Positions 37,636 to 48,605 of a DNA stretch of 64,000 nucleotides are shown here, piece by piece. This DNA is from Felis catus (taxonomy: Eukaryota). A program made the translations under genes and the position numbers. Position 1 is the first letter of the stretch, and every line of letters starts with the position of its first letter. The stretch is from positions 82,648,001 to 82,712,000 of the forward strand of contig NC_058368.1 of NCBI RefSeq assembly GCF_018350175.1. Reading direction: 5' to 3'. The notes under the pieces were generated by a model that did no database searches, was not told the origin of the DNA, and was given only the letters and a program-made list of their open reading frames with translations.

Positions 37636-38030
37636 TCTCCCAGAGGGTCCAGTGGCATGGGAGCCAGTCAAACAGCCTGCCAAACAGGTTGGGGGTGGGA
37701 TGGGAACAGGAATCTTTGGGTTTGGCAGTGAGCAAGTAAGACTACGGAAATCTTAATTAGTGTGGTCTCCTTCAAGATTAGAGGCCGGAACCTGATTGGA
37801 AAGGGTCCAGTGAGCATTAGTTGTCAGGAAGCTCCCACAGCAGAGGAAGCAGATCGTGGCAGCCCATGAACCAGAGGAAGGAATGCGGGCACTATCGCCC
37901 CTGACTATCTCTGTCCCTTTACTCAGATGCGCTGTGTTAGTAACATACAGGAATGAAAATCCTTCACCTGTATCTCATTACCTCCAGGAAAGCAACAGCT
38001 TGTCTCAACTAAAGGCCTGGTTGAGTCTTC

Positions 38031-38391
38031 TGCCCAAAAAGAAACAGCAGGTCCAAAATGGACTTACTTGACCCACTGACAGCAAACAAAGATTTAAATG
38101 CAGTTTCAACCTTTCCCAGGAAGGTGACCTTGAGCCAGTCCATCTGGAATTTCCACTAACGAAGCTGCCTGGTAGACCCCCACCATTCCCCAAAGGAAGG
38201 TGACCTTGCCTGAAACAATCCACTCTTTGCTGGAAATTTCCTTTGTCCTTTCCTTCTGCCTATAAAAGCCTTCCATTTTGTACAGCTCCTTGGAAATTCT
38301 TTCCATTTTTCAGAAGGCATCCTGCCTGATTCGTGACTTAAAGAGCCAATTAGATCTTCACATTTTTTCAGTTGGATTTTGTTTTTTCATA
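38031..38391 (+). repeat. 5' LTR of the provirus
   Basis: Starts with TG and shares AAACAGCAGGTCCAAAATGGA..., TTCCCCAAAGGAAGGTGACCT and ATCTTCA blocks with the 3' LTR. TATAAAA at 38261. Confidence 0.85.
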
Positions 38392-38395
38392 GATT

Positions 38396-38413
38396 TGGTG
38401 GCAGCAGTGGGAT
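38396..38413 (+). other. Primer-binding site, tRNA-Leu type
   Basis: TGGTGGCAGCAGTGGGAT is 17/18 complementary to the recalled 3' end of mammalian tRNA-Leu(AAG) (ATCCCACCGCTGCCACCA) and lies just after the 5' LTR. Confidence 0.8.
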
Positions 38414-38479
38414 CTGAAGCAAACTTCTAACAACATTAAGGGGCAAGAAACATGGGTGTGGTACCCGTGAACCCTTTTT

Positions 38480-38699
38480 TTTAAAAATTTTTAAAAACGT
38501 TTTTATTTATTTTTGAAGGAGAGAGAGACCAAGCATGAGCAGGGAGGAGCAGAGAGAGAGGGAGACACAGAATCTGAAGCAGGCTCCAGGTTCTGAGCCG
38601 TCAGCACAGAACCCAATGTAGGGCTTGAACCCACAAACTGTGAGATCATGACCTGAGCCAAAGCTGGATGCTCAACCAACTGAGCCACCCAGGTGTCCC
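38480..38699 (-). mobile_element. Can-SINE in the ERV leader
   Basis: TSD TACCC[GT/AC]GAACCCTTTTT. Confidence 0.95.
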
Positions 38700-39198
38700 T
38701 ACCCACGAACCCTTTTTAAGTTCTCTGCATCTCCTGCCACTTCCAAGAGATGTGGGTAAGTTCTTCTCAGTTCTGAGCTCCACTGTCTTTGCCAAGAACT
38801 TCTGACCTAGTTGGCTTTTCAGTCCACAATTCCCAGTTTGTGGAAACTCCCAGCCCTTGACTCTTTTCCAAAATCCACATGAGAACTGATAGTGACAGGT
38901 TGCAACTCTCATTTATGTGGAGCTCCCCCATCCACAGGTCCCATTGGTAGAGGTTTGCTGGTTCAATCCTTCTCCAGTCCAAGGCTCCACAGGAACTGAT
39001 AGAGGTACACACAGGGCCTTCCTGTGGCCAGGACACCATAACATCTCTTGGTTACTGATGCTACATTAAGGTGCACATGTTTGCTTTTCTTGTTTTGTGT
39101 AGATAAAAGCTATCACTAACAGTTAGCTATCACTAACTTGGAGGCCAAAAAACCACAAAAATTGGTGGGCATGGCTTGAGCATTTAAAAGCTGTTAGA

Positions 39199-39419
39199 GG
39201 GGCACCTGGGTGGCTCAGTCAGTTAAGCATCCATCTTCAGCCCAGGTCATAATCTTGCAGTTTGTAAGTTTAAGCCCCACATCAGGCTCTGTGCTGACAT
39301 CTCAGAGCCTGGAGCCTGCTTCAGATCCTATGTCTCCCTCTCTCTCTTCTCCTACCCTGCTTGTACTCTGTCTCTCTCTGTGTTTCAAAAATGAATAATA
39401 GTTTAAAAAAAATTTTTTT
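39199..39419 (+). mobile_element. Can-SINE in the ERV
   Basis: TSD AAGCTGTTAG. Confidence 0.95.
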
Positions 39420-39664
39420 AAGCTGTTAGGGTATTTACCACCCAACTCAAAGACTTCCCTGTTAGGAAAAGTTGGTCATGGAATGGGCTAGATAGACATT
39501 AGGTCACAGGGCAACATCAAGAAAATTTCTGTGCGGCAAGTACACTAAAACACCACACAATCCCCAACAGAGTGGCACATCCCTTTCATCTAATCGTTTG
39601 GCTGCCAGAGACTTAAGAGCTTAGCCAAAATAAATAGGATCTTGAAACTCTAAAAGAGGTAAGC

Positions 39665-39810
39665 ATGCCGCCTTCTGGGACATCTGTTTATTTTATGTCT
39701 AAAAACTATGGTCCCAGAAACTATAAATATCTACAAAATGCAAAATCTTACTCAGAACAACCTAGAATTACAATGGTCATTATCAGGAGTGTTCCACATA
39801 GATAAGATCA
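39665..39810 (+). pseudogene. Retroviral gag matrix-domain remnant
   Basis: MPPSGTSVYFMSKNYGPRNYKYLQ, a frameshift, then QNLTQNNLELQWSLSGVFHIDKI. This resembles the MA region of MER4-group/class I ERVs (FMYKNYG...LELQWP). Confidence 0.65.
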
Positions 39811-39844
39811 AGTAGGAAGTGCACTTGAAAGTAAGGATTCCCAT

Positions 39845-40056
39845 GGGTGCCTGGATGGCTCAGTCGGTTAAGCATCCAACTTCAGCTCAGGTTATGATCT
39901 CATGATTCATGGGTTCGAACCCTGTGGATTCTCTGCTGTCAGCACAGAGCCTGCTTTGAATCCTCTGTCCCCCTCTCTCTCTCCCCTTTCTCCACTCTTT
40001 CTCTCACTCTCCCAAAATAAATAAAAGAAGAATTTAAAACAAACTTTAAATAAAAA
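39845..40056 (+). mobile_element. Can-SINE in the ERV gag region
   Basis: Perfect 17-bp TSD AAAGTAAGGATTCCCAT. Confidence 0.95.
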
Positions 40057-43000
40057 AAAGTAAGGATTCCCATATTAAACAAACAGAATGAGATATCTAT
40101 TTTAGAAATTTCCAAAAGGCTTCAAGATTCCAAAATAGCTTTATTGAAAGTATCATTGCAAAAGGCTAATGAAAAATTAAAGACACAAAAAGGATTTAAA
40201 CAACACCTTGGCTTCCTTCATTATACCCTCCTAGAGGTTCATCATCACAACTGGCCCAAAAATGGTTATCTCATTTGCAATCAACTGGAACACCAGAAAA
40301 GAGATTGTCCTTAAAGGTTTTGTGTAAATCCTTCAACATGAACTCAAATGCCTTCATATTTGCCTTCAAAGGAGGACTCCCACATGGGGTGCCCCCCATT
40401 CCCTGCCAGCATTGACAGGCCTCTCATGGATTGTTTGGTAAACTGCTATGTTATTCTCTTAAACAGCTAAAGAAAAGTAAAAAATTAAAATTGATTTTAA
40501 TTTTGATTTAACTAATTAAATGTAATTTTGATAATTAAAACCTTGCCAAATTCTGGTAGATATGGGAGCCTACAGAGGGCGCCCTGGGAAAACAGAAGCT
40601 GGGTGATGATGAGAGTCCTTACCAGAGTCATCTCTCCCAAATGTCTGTCTGTAGTGCCCAGCTGAGAGAAGGTAATGACATTTCACATTATCCCTTCCAT
40701 TCTAACGTGAGACTCATTGGTTATTGATCCCTTTTCTCTCAGGGACAACTACTGCCTTCCTGCTTGTCTTGTTTTGTGTACTACGGACTTGACTGGCTTT
40801 CTGTCTGCCTGGGATGTGCAGGTTATTGGTTCTTTTTTTGATCACCTTTGGGAGTGACTCTGGATCTTGGGAAGGTGGTGACCTTTGCTTCCTCTTTGAG
40901 GACACCTCCTGAAAGAGGTGGTTACTTAATACTTGGGTTACTTAATACTTCCAAAAATACTGTTTGTTCCCACTGAAACCTGACAAGATATTTGAAGGAA
41001 TTTAATAACTCTATGATCAGAAACTTGGCCAAACTGGAAGCCAATATTCAGAGCCTTGTAGGAATTTTTTTAGGACTTCTCTCCTAAGTTAAATATATCC
41101 AGAAAGAAAGAAAAACATTCCAACATAAGTGGGTGGGTGTGTTAGTCCTTGATACCATGTAGGAGGTGGTCCAAACAACAATGTTTCTTGCTTTACAAGT
41201 GTAGTCTTTATAGGATCAAAGGTGTGGACCCAGAAACAAGACAGAGTCCACCAATCCTTTCTACCAGTCTCCTGGCCTCCTCGGTTTATCTCAAAGGGCT
41301 TGTAAGTATTGTAAAAATTCTGGTCATAAGAGCACAGAAGTCCTTCTAGAAATATCTTACATTCTTTCCCCATGCCTTTAAAATGTCAGTGTTCTACCTG
41401 GTTTTCTCCGGGAGCTCATACATTTTTCTCTAGGCCAGCTCTAACATACCAGCTTCAGGGAGGTAATTTTCACCAGGAAAAAAAAAGGGTGGTGGGAAGT
41501 GCATTTGAAACTTAGAATCATGGCAGTAATTTGAAAATGAAAGCAGAGAGGTCCCTGCTGGTGTCTGTCTGTATGCTCATGCATGTTGATGTATATGTAT
41601 TGTAGACATGTGGTTTTTTCTATGTCTGGGTGGCATTGCCTAAATTAATCTATAAATGAGCTCTATTTAATTGGATTAAGAAAAATTAAGCACAATATAA
41701 ATTAAATTCTCAGAAATATAGTAGAAACTAGCCCAAATGAAGTTCAGCTATTACTTAAAAGAGCTAAATTTTTTTTAAACAACTATTTAACTTTTTATAT
41801 TTGCCTGTGAAGTATTTAACTGTCATTTTGGTTAAATAAATAACTAAGTATTATTTCACAATACCCTGCAATCCTACTTTACCAAGTGTTTTAAAACCTT
41901 CTGATATTTTTGACAAGCTTTCTGAAATCAAATTCTAAATAAAGTCTTTTTGATCTTAAACTAATTTTGGGTTTTCCAAAGATTCCCTGAAACATCTCAA
42001 AAGGTTTGCTCTCCCCTTATGAAAAAGGAGATATTAAGCTAATTAGGCTTATTTAATGTTAAATTACATGGAAAACATTGTCATATAAGTAGTAATAGTT
42101 CTTTTTATGTTGTATTTGTGTATGTTTACAAGTGTTACAGAAATTGTGGGACATTCCTAGAAACCTGATATGTACCAATATTATGTTATCAGTCATTATC
42201 CGGTTATTATCTTAAAATGTTTTGTGCCACAGAAATAACCAAATTTCCTTGGTAATTCCATTATAATGAGTTATCATCAGATCTTTAATAATGGACATTT
42301 TGGGGTCTTTTGTCATTTACAGAGCGTTATGGATTTAGCCTGATCCTTTGCAAAAGTATGTCACCTGCAAGAGGTTGCATGGAAAGGACTCTGGCCAGCA
42401 CAGGCTTCTGACAAAACTGTAAGATCATAAAACTGAACTGGGTAAGAATTTCCTGACCTGATGGAAAAACTTAATTTAAGCAGAACAGATATTAATAACA
42501 CAGGACTGAATGAACCGAGAAGAATGGCTACAACTTTCTATGACTTTTTGTTTGAAATATTGCTGATTCCTTAATGTTTTATTTCTCCAGATTTAAGGAA
42601 ACCCTTTTCTCATAAGCTATTTGTGTCTTACAGCAATTTGGTAAAGTCCACCTTTGTCAAAGATGGAAGATTTACTTTCTCTCCCTACCTGATTACTCCA
42701 GAATTTGGAAACTGTTAAGTATTCCTTTATGACAGTACTATTAGTTATTTGCATAAGTTCAGTGAGATCCCATCCTCCCTGTAATATGACAGAATGGTTA
42801 TATTACCAAGGCTTTGACTGACAGGAATTCATCCAAACTATGGTTATTATAGGTAAAATATGACGGCAAATCTTTGGCTTGGCTTCCTGGCCTCCAGAAG
42901 TTTTTAAGAGTTCAATCTGAGGTTTCTTATGAAAAGATCCAGCAAAGCAGTCCTAAAAAGAGCTTATATGCTCAATTGCTATTCTTAGCGTCCTAATATA

Positions 43001-43669
43001 AACAATCAGGGCAAGTTTAATACAAATAAACTATTTTAAATGTGATTAGGTCTAGTGAAAAGTGGGCATAATTGTAGAGAGAACAATTATGTTTGCACCT
43101 TTGTAGATACTAGATTCTAGTCTTGTTGACCATCTTTGTTGTATAACCTGTAAACTGGGCTGGATCTTGAGTCCAATTCTATAGGCTAACATTTCCATTT
43201 TTCTCCTACCCTTCTGATGTGGAGTTATTGAGAATGAAGACTGCCTTGACTCCCCTCAACAGGGGCTGTACCGCATCTTCTCACTGGCTCCTGACCACTG
43301 ACACCACAGTCACACCAGAGGCAGTGAGCCTTGGGTACAACCCTCATGGAGAGAAAGGCACCACCTACCCCTGGTCTGGAAAGGTAATGCTGGCATCCTC
43401 CTCTCCCAGACCATTGCTAAGGACTTCTTAGACTGCTGGATTTGTTGTTAGGAACTCTGATCTGTCCACTAACAATGCCACCTTAGCAAGAGTGGTTTGT
43501 GCCCCAACAGGATTTACCTTTGTAGTGATTATCGTTGTTCTTGGGCCTATACATGCCTACGTGGCTGGTGCATAACCCAGCAATGCCTCTGACGCTCTCT
43601 GACTGTGCCCCTAAGTGTTCACAAACAGACGGGGATACCTCATTGATCAGATTCCCTGAATTTTCATCC

Positions 43670-44400
43670 TTGATTAGAAAGGACATTCCAGGAGACTTTC
43701 ATGATTCAGGATTCACCCCTTTGGCAGGTCCCTACTTCCCTAGTTGGGAGTAAATGCAAACAAGGCTATGCTCAGGAACTTCTTCACTCTTGAAACTATT
43801 ACAGACTCTGCTGCTAAGGCAATAGCTGCCCCTGAAAAGACTTAGACTCTCTGGTCAAGGTAGTTCTTGATACTAGAATAGCCCCTGGTTACCTTTCAGC
43901 TGAACAAGGAGGTGTCCGTGCTGTGATCAACGCCATATACTGTACCTGGGCTAACACCTCTGGGGAGCTGAAACTCAGTTATAGAAAACTACCGAGCAAA
44001 GCACTGGCTTTAAGAGGTGACTCCTTGGGGCTCCTGGGTGGCTCAGTCGGTTGAGCGTCCAACTTTGGCTCAGGTCATGACCTCGCAGTCTGTGAGTCTG
44101 AGCCCCCGCGTCGGACTCTGTGCCGACAGCTCAGAGCCTGGAGCCTGCTTTGGATTCTGTCTCCCTCTCTCTCTGCCCCTCCCCCGCTCATGCTCTGTCT
44201 CTCTCTCTGTCAAAAATAAACATTAAAAAAATTTTTTTTAATTAAAAAAATAAAAGGTGACTCCTTTAATGAGGTCTTTCTTTGACTTTTAAAATTTTCA
44301 TTGGTTTGGGTCTTGGGAGCCATGACTCTGGGGTGCACTCCAGATATTGGGAACTATCCTGTCCAGATAATACACTCCCTGGCATGCTGTATTCTCTCAA
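43670..44400 (+). pseudogene. Gamma-type env transmembrane subunit remnant, interrupted by a SINE
   Basis: LGVNANKAMLRNF..TITDSAAKAIAA (from 43744), a frameshift, then LDSLVKVVLDTRIAPGYLSAEQGGVRAVINAIYCTWANTSGE (43842-43967). The latter is a decayed immunosuppressive domain plus CX6CC region. After the SINE comes HWFGSWEP*LWGALQILGTIL (membrane-proximal/TM). Confidence 0.85.
44027..44254 (+). mobile_element. Can-SINE in the ERV env remnant
   Basis: TSD AGGTGACTCCTT. Confidence 0.95.
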
Positions 44401-44627
44401 AAGCTTTAAATGCATGTTCACAGCCACTGACCGCCAAGCAAATGGTCTCCCTAAGCCTGGGTGGTCAGAGAAAGAATGAAGAGAATGCCCAACTTAGAAG
44501 TGTGGGCCTGACCTGCGAGTCACAGGGGTTCGTGAGGAAGAGAACCACAGAGCAGTAGCTGAGAGAGAATCTACTGCCAGGAATTCTGAACAAACCCTCA
44601 GGCCAAGAGCGCTTAAAAGGGTGGAGC

Positions 44628-44994
44628 TGTTAAAAACAGCAGGTCCAAAATGGAGTTACTTGCCCCATCAACAGCAAACTAAGATTTCAGTGCAGTTTTA
44701 TCCCTCCCCAGAGTGTGACCTTGAGCAAGTCCGGCTGGAATTTCCACTAGTGGAGCTACCAGAAGACTCTTGTCTTTCCCCAAAGGAAGGTGACCTGCCT
44801 AAAACAATCCTTTCTTTTCTTTTGCTAATTAGTAACTTCCTTGTCCCACTTGTTTCTGCCAATAACAGCCTTCCATATCCTACAGCTCCCAGGATTTCTT
44901 TCCCATCTGCTGGACGGTAGTTGCCCGATTCATGAGTGCTGAATAAAGGCAATTAAATCTTCAAATTCATTTAGCTGACTTTTGTTTTTTAAGA
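44628..44994 (+). repeat. 3' LTR of the provirus
   Basis: TGTTAAAAACAGCAGG directly after the polypurine tract, AATAAA at 44942. Hand alignment gives 14 mismatches to the 5' LTR over the first 80 aligned nt. Confidence 0.88.
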
Positions 44995-45272
44995 CTTGTG
45001 ACTTTTACGTCCTTGAAGCCAGTCATCTATTTGATGTCTGTGATGTCTTACCAGGGAAGCACCTTGGTGCATGTCACCAACACATTACAAACACAAATGT
45101 CAAAGCAGAGGAGAATGTCCCTGGACCAAGAATCAGAACACCTGGGTGTCAGGTATGTCTCCGTACCGGCTCGACCTACCGTGTGAGATTGGAGCCATCG
45201 GTATTACTAGTTACTGGGTCTGGGTGCCATTTTCACAACGATCACGTCTATTTTTAAAAATTAAACCACCCC

Positions 45273-45397
45273 GGGCACCTGAGTGGCTCATCGGTGAAGT
45301 GTCCGACTTTGGCTCAGGTCATGATCTCACAGTTCATGGATTCAAGCCCCGCACTGGGCTCCGTGCGGACAGCTCAGAACCTGGAGCCTGCTTCGGA

Positions 45398-45429
<32 letters not shown>

Positions 45430-45470
45430 CTCAAAAATAAATAAATAAACATCTTTAAAAAATTAAAATT
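45273..45470 (+). mobile_element. Can-SINE whose CT region is replaced by (TG)n
   Basis: SINE head, then (TG)n at 45401-45429, then an A-tail. Confidence 0.9.
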
Positions 45471-45831
45471 AAAATTAAGCAACGAAGAGTGTCACTGGCT
45501 CAAGGATAAGATGGCAACAGAACACTCTTCTGACTTAAAACTCAGTTTTGTCCTGGGAGAAGTGTCAAAGCTCATCAACTTGCTACGGGTGAAGTGACAG
45601 CTGGTAAGGAAAAGGGAACAGGTCTAAGGGGGGAGACTAGGGTCCTAGTTTTAAACAAACCATTTAAACCAATATAACCGTATGACTGTAAGCCAATATA
45701 ACTGGGTTTCTGTCTGAGGGACCCAACATAATGTCCAGAGTCTAACTACTCAGTGACTGTCCGGTTAGCCAGGCCATGCAGAACACCTTCATTTTAGGAA
45801 GTTCAAAGCACTTTAAAAATTCTTCACACCA

Positions 45832-46050
45832 GGGGCGCCTGGGTGGCTCAGTCGGTTAAGCGTCCGACTTCAGCTCAGGTCACGATCTCGCGGTCCGCGA
45901 GTTCGAGCCCTGCGTCGGGCTCTGGGCTGATGGCTCAGAGCCTGGAGCCTGCTTCCGATTCTGTGTCTCCCTCTCTCTCTGCCCCTCCCCCGTTCATGCT
46001 GTGTCTCTCTCTGTCTCAAAAATAAATAAAAGTTAAAAAAAAATTAAAAA
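45832..46050 (+). mobile_element. Young Can-SINE
   Basis: CpGs largely retained. TSD AAAAATTCTTCAC[A/G]CCA. Confidence 0.95.
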
Positions 46051-48425
46051 AAAAATTCTTCACGCCAACGTGAACCTAAAGATCTTGCAAGTATTTCTTT
46101 GGTTTTCTAAGGGAGAAATAAAGAAAGCCAGTCAACTAGAAACTGCAGGTTTTTCTATTCAAGAAGACAGTCACCTGCACAATTTCCTGGGAGGACAAAC
46201 GTGAGCAACGAGAAAAAGAATTACTTCCCGTTATGGTCTAGATTCTCTGGGTTGGCCTGTGTTCATTGCGGATGGCTCAAGACCGAAGGAGAACTTATCA
46301 GAAGATCCGGGCTTCTTGCAGCGCTAAACCAGTGCCCAGAATGCCACCAGGAGCCATTGACATCCTGATGCCCCTTCTCTGCTCTTCACATCTCTGGAGG
46401 CTGTTTCTCCCTGATTCCACGTCCACAGGGTGGAAGGCAGCTCCCTCGACTCCCCAGGTTTTGTGGGTGTCCCAGTGCCAGCACATGCCGAGACAGGCTA
46501 GTTGAACCCAAATACCAACTTCAGTTTCTAAAAGGATCGTTTTATTGATCCACTCAACTGAGGCCCAGGCCAGCAGCAGTGATGGGCATTACATGGTAGG
46601 ACCATGGCAGCCAGGGGCAGGTCTGGGGAGGGGGGGAGGGGAGCTGGACAGACCCAGTTGGTGTCTGTAACACCCACTTATAATAAGATTGTAATGGAAA
46701 GAGAGCAGAGATGATGAGATCTCCCCACAGATTTGAAGAAAGCATAAGAATGGAAGTTAAGAAGCCCTAAACCCTGACAAGCCTAGGGCTAGGGAGCTGT
46801 GTTCCCTCAAGCAGACTCACCAAGACCCCTGAGACACAGCTACCTTACTGAGAATATGAGACTGGGCTCGGACTAATGCTATAACCCTGTCCATTCTCCC
46901 TGACTACTCATTCTTCCTTCCATCTGTTCTGATGACCAACCCCTCCCCCTGCCAGAAGTGCTCCCTCCGCACTGGTGCTGGCAGGTCTGAGTTCCAAACG
47001 GCTGTGTCGAGAAGGAGGTGAAAATAACTTCCAGGACGACAGGGACACCAAGACTCAGCACCCTCGAGGGGGGAGGAGCGGGGGATCCCATCTGAACCCC
47101 ACCCACCAGATTCCGACACGGGCCCCCCTCCTTCCTGCCCCCACTCCCCCTTGTGAGTTGTTGCTTCAAGTGACACTCATTTATGGTGGAAGGAATAATG
47201 AAAGAAGGTGAAGCAGCGTAGCCTAAGGAAGGGGTGAAGGTGGAGGGGAGACAGATCACAGCTGTCCTGTGCAGAAAGGCATGTTTCTTCAGTGTCACTT
47301 CAACTGCCAGAATTAGAATCAAACAGTAAAGATCACGAAAAGGTAAATTTCAGATCATTTCAGTTAGTTTCTCAGTGAATTCGAGTTGCCCTAAGTTGAA
47401 AATGCTTCCACTGGAAACCTGGATGCCCCATCCCTGTAGTTATTCACGTATCAGAAATCTATGAATCGAGGAGGGTTGGAGCAGACAGCACTGTTCAGTC
47501 TGGAGACCTGGAGACACCGTTGTTTCAAAGTCTTCCCCTCTGGTCCTCTCTTCCTCTCAAAGCAAACCTCGGACGTCAGATCCCTGTGTCTCACCGACAA
47601 GGGCGCCGAGGTGCAGAGGTGAGTGACAGCATCAAGACAGAGCTGGGATTCGAGCCTATGCCTCAGACTTCTGGCCCAGGATTCCCACCCCTGGCAGTGC
47701 GGTGCGGGTGGAACCAGGTCCTTAATCACCGTGGCGGGGGGGGGGGGGGGCAGGGGGGTGCATTTCTCAGCACACACTTCGTTCCTGTACATCCCGGCTG
47801 ATGGACAGCGTGCTGAGTGCCGATAAGAAAATTATTTGTCAAATTTGATCTGTCTTTCTAATCAGTTTTGGCTCAAACTTCCAAACGTAGTTTGAATGGC
47901 TTGTTACCCTCTCCATGGCTTCTGTCAATTCCCACTCTTCCCACCTCCGAGGCCCTCATTTCTGAGCCATGTGCATAAATGCTCCTCCGTTTGGTCCTGA
48001 ACTAGTAGGCACGCACCACACTTCCCCACCAGGAAACCCGTTTGCATCTGGGTTTTGAGAGCTTACAAGTTCCTGAGGACAGCTGTACCACACACACGAC
48101 AGTCACTGGCTTCTCCCACAGCTCCTCCAGCCCTCCGTTTTCCCCCCTCACCCCCGCCCCCAGCCCACCCCGGCCCCTCACAGGCACAGACCCTTCTCAA
48201 GGGTAGTCCTGCCTTCTGCTCCAGCTGTTGGGTACGACCCTTCGACTCTTCGGGCCAGTCTGCCCTCGCAGGAGGCCTGGAACTCATAATAACGATTTAT
48301 AACAGCCTCCCTTTCATCACACAGGAAAGGGACTGAACTGCTCTGATTTTACGAGACTGACCTTCGGAGAGAAAATCTCCCTCAGAACTAACCTAGTTAT
48401 TTACCCTGCCTGAAGTTTCACCCAT

Positions 48426-48605
48426 CGGTGGTTCCCAACTGGGGGTGACTTAGGCCCCATGTCTCCCAAGGGGCAGTTGGCAATGTCTGGGGACGTTTTC
48501 GGTTGTCACTCTGGGAGGGAGGAGTGGCTAGCCTCCTACAACGACAGGACTGAGAACCATTCGCGCAGTCCTAAATGTCAACAGTGTTGAGGTTAACAAA
48601 CCCTG
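48426..48605 (+). mobile_element. MER20-like hAT DNA transposon
   Basis: GGTGGTTCCCAACTGGGGGTGAC...TTGGCAATGTCTGGGGACGTTTTCGGTTGTCAC...AAATGTCAACAGTGTTGAGGTTAACAAACCCTG matches the recalled MER20 ends. Confidence 0.8.

Larger units (their letters stand above)
38031..44994 (+). mobile_element. Two-LTR class I endogenous retrovirus (MER4-group-like, pol-less, decayed)
   Basis: Direct repeats of about 360 bp at both ends, a PBS after the 5' LTR, a purine tract AAAAGGGTGGAG before the 3' LTR, and gag-MA and env-TM remnants. Flanks CTTC/CTTG form an imperfect 4-bp TSD. The interior is AT-rich and non-coding. Confidence 0.88.

Noticed and set aside
43535..44400. Domesticated env/syncytin gene
   Set aside because: It has frameshifts, stops, lost cysteines, a SINE insertion and a largely missing SU domain.
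46500..47020. Possible processed pseudogene or old LTR (AATAAA on the - strand near 46541)
   Set aside because: There is no poly(A) remnant, TSD or recognisable coding similarity, and it cannot be assigned without a search.
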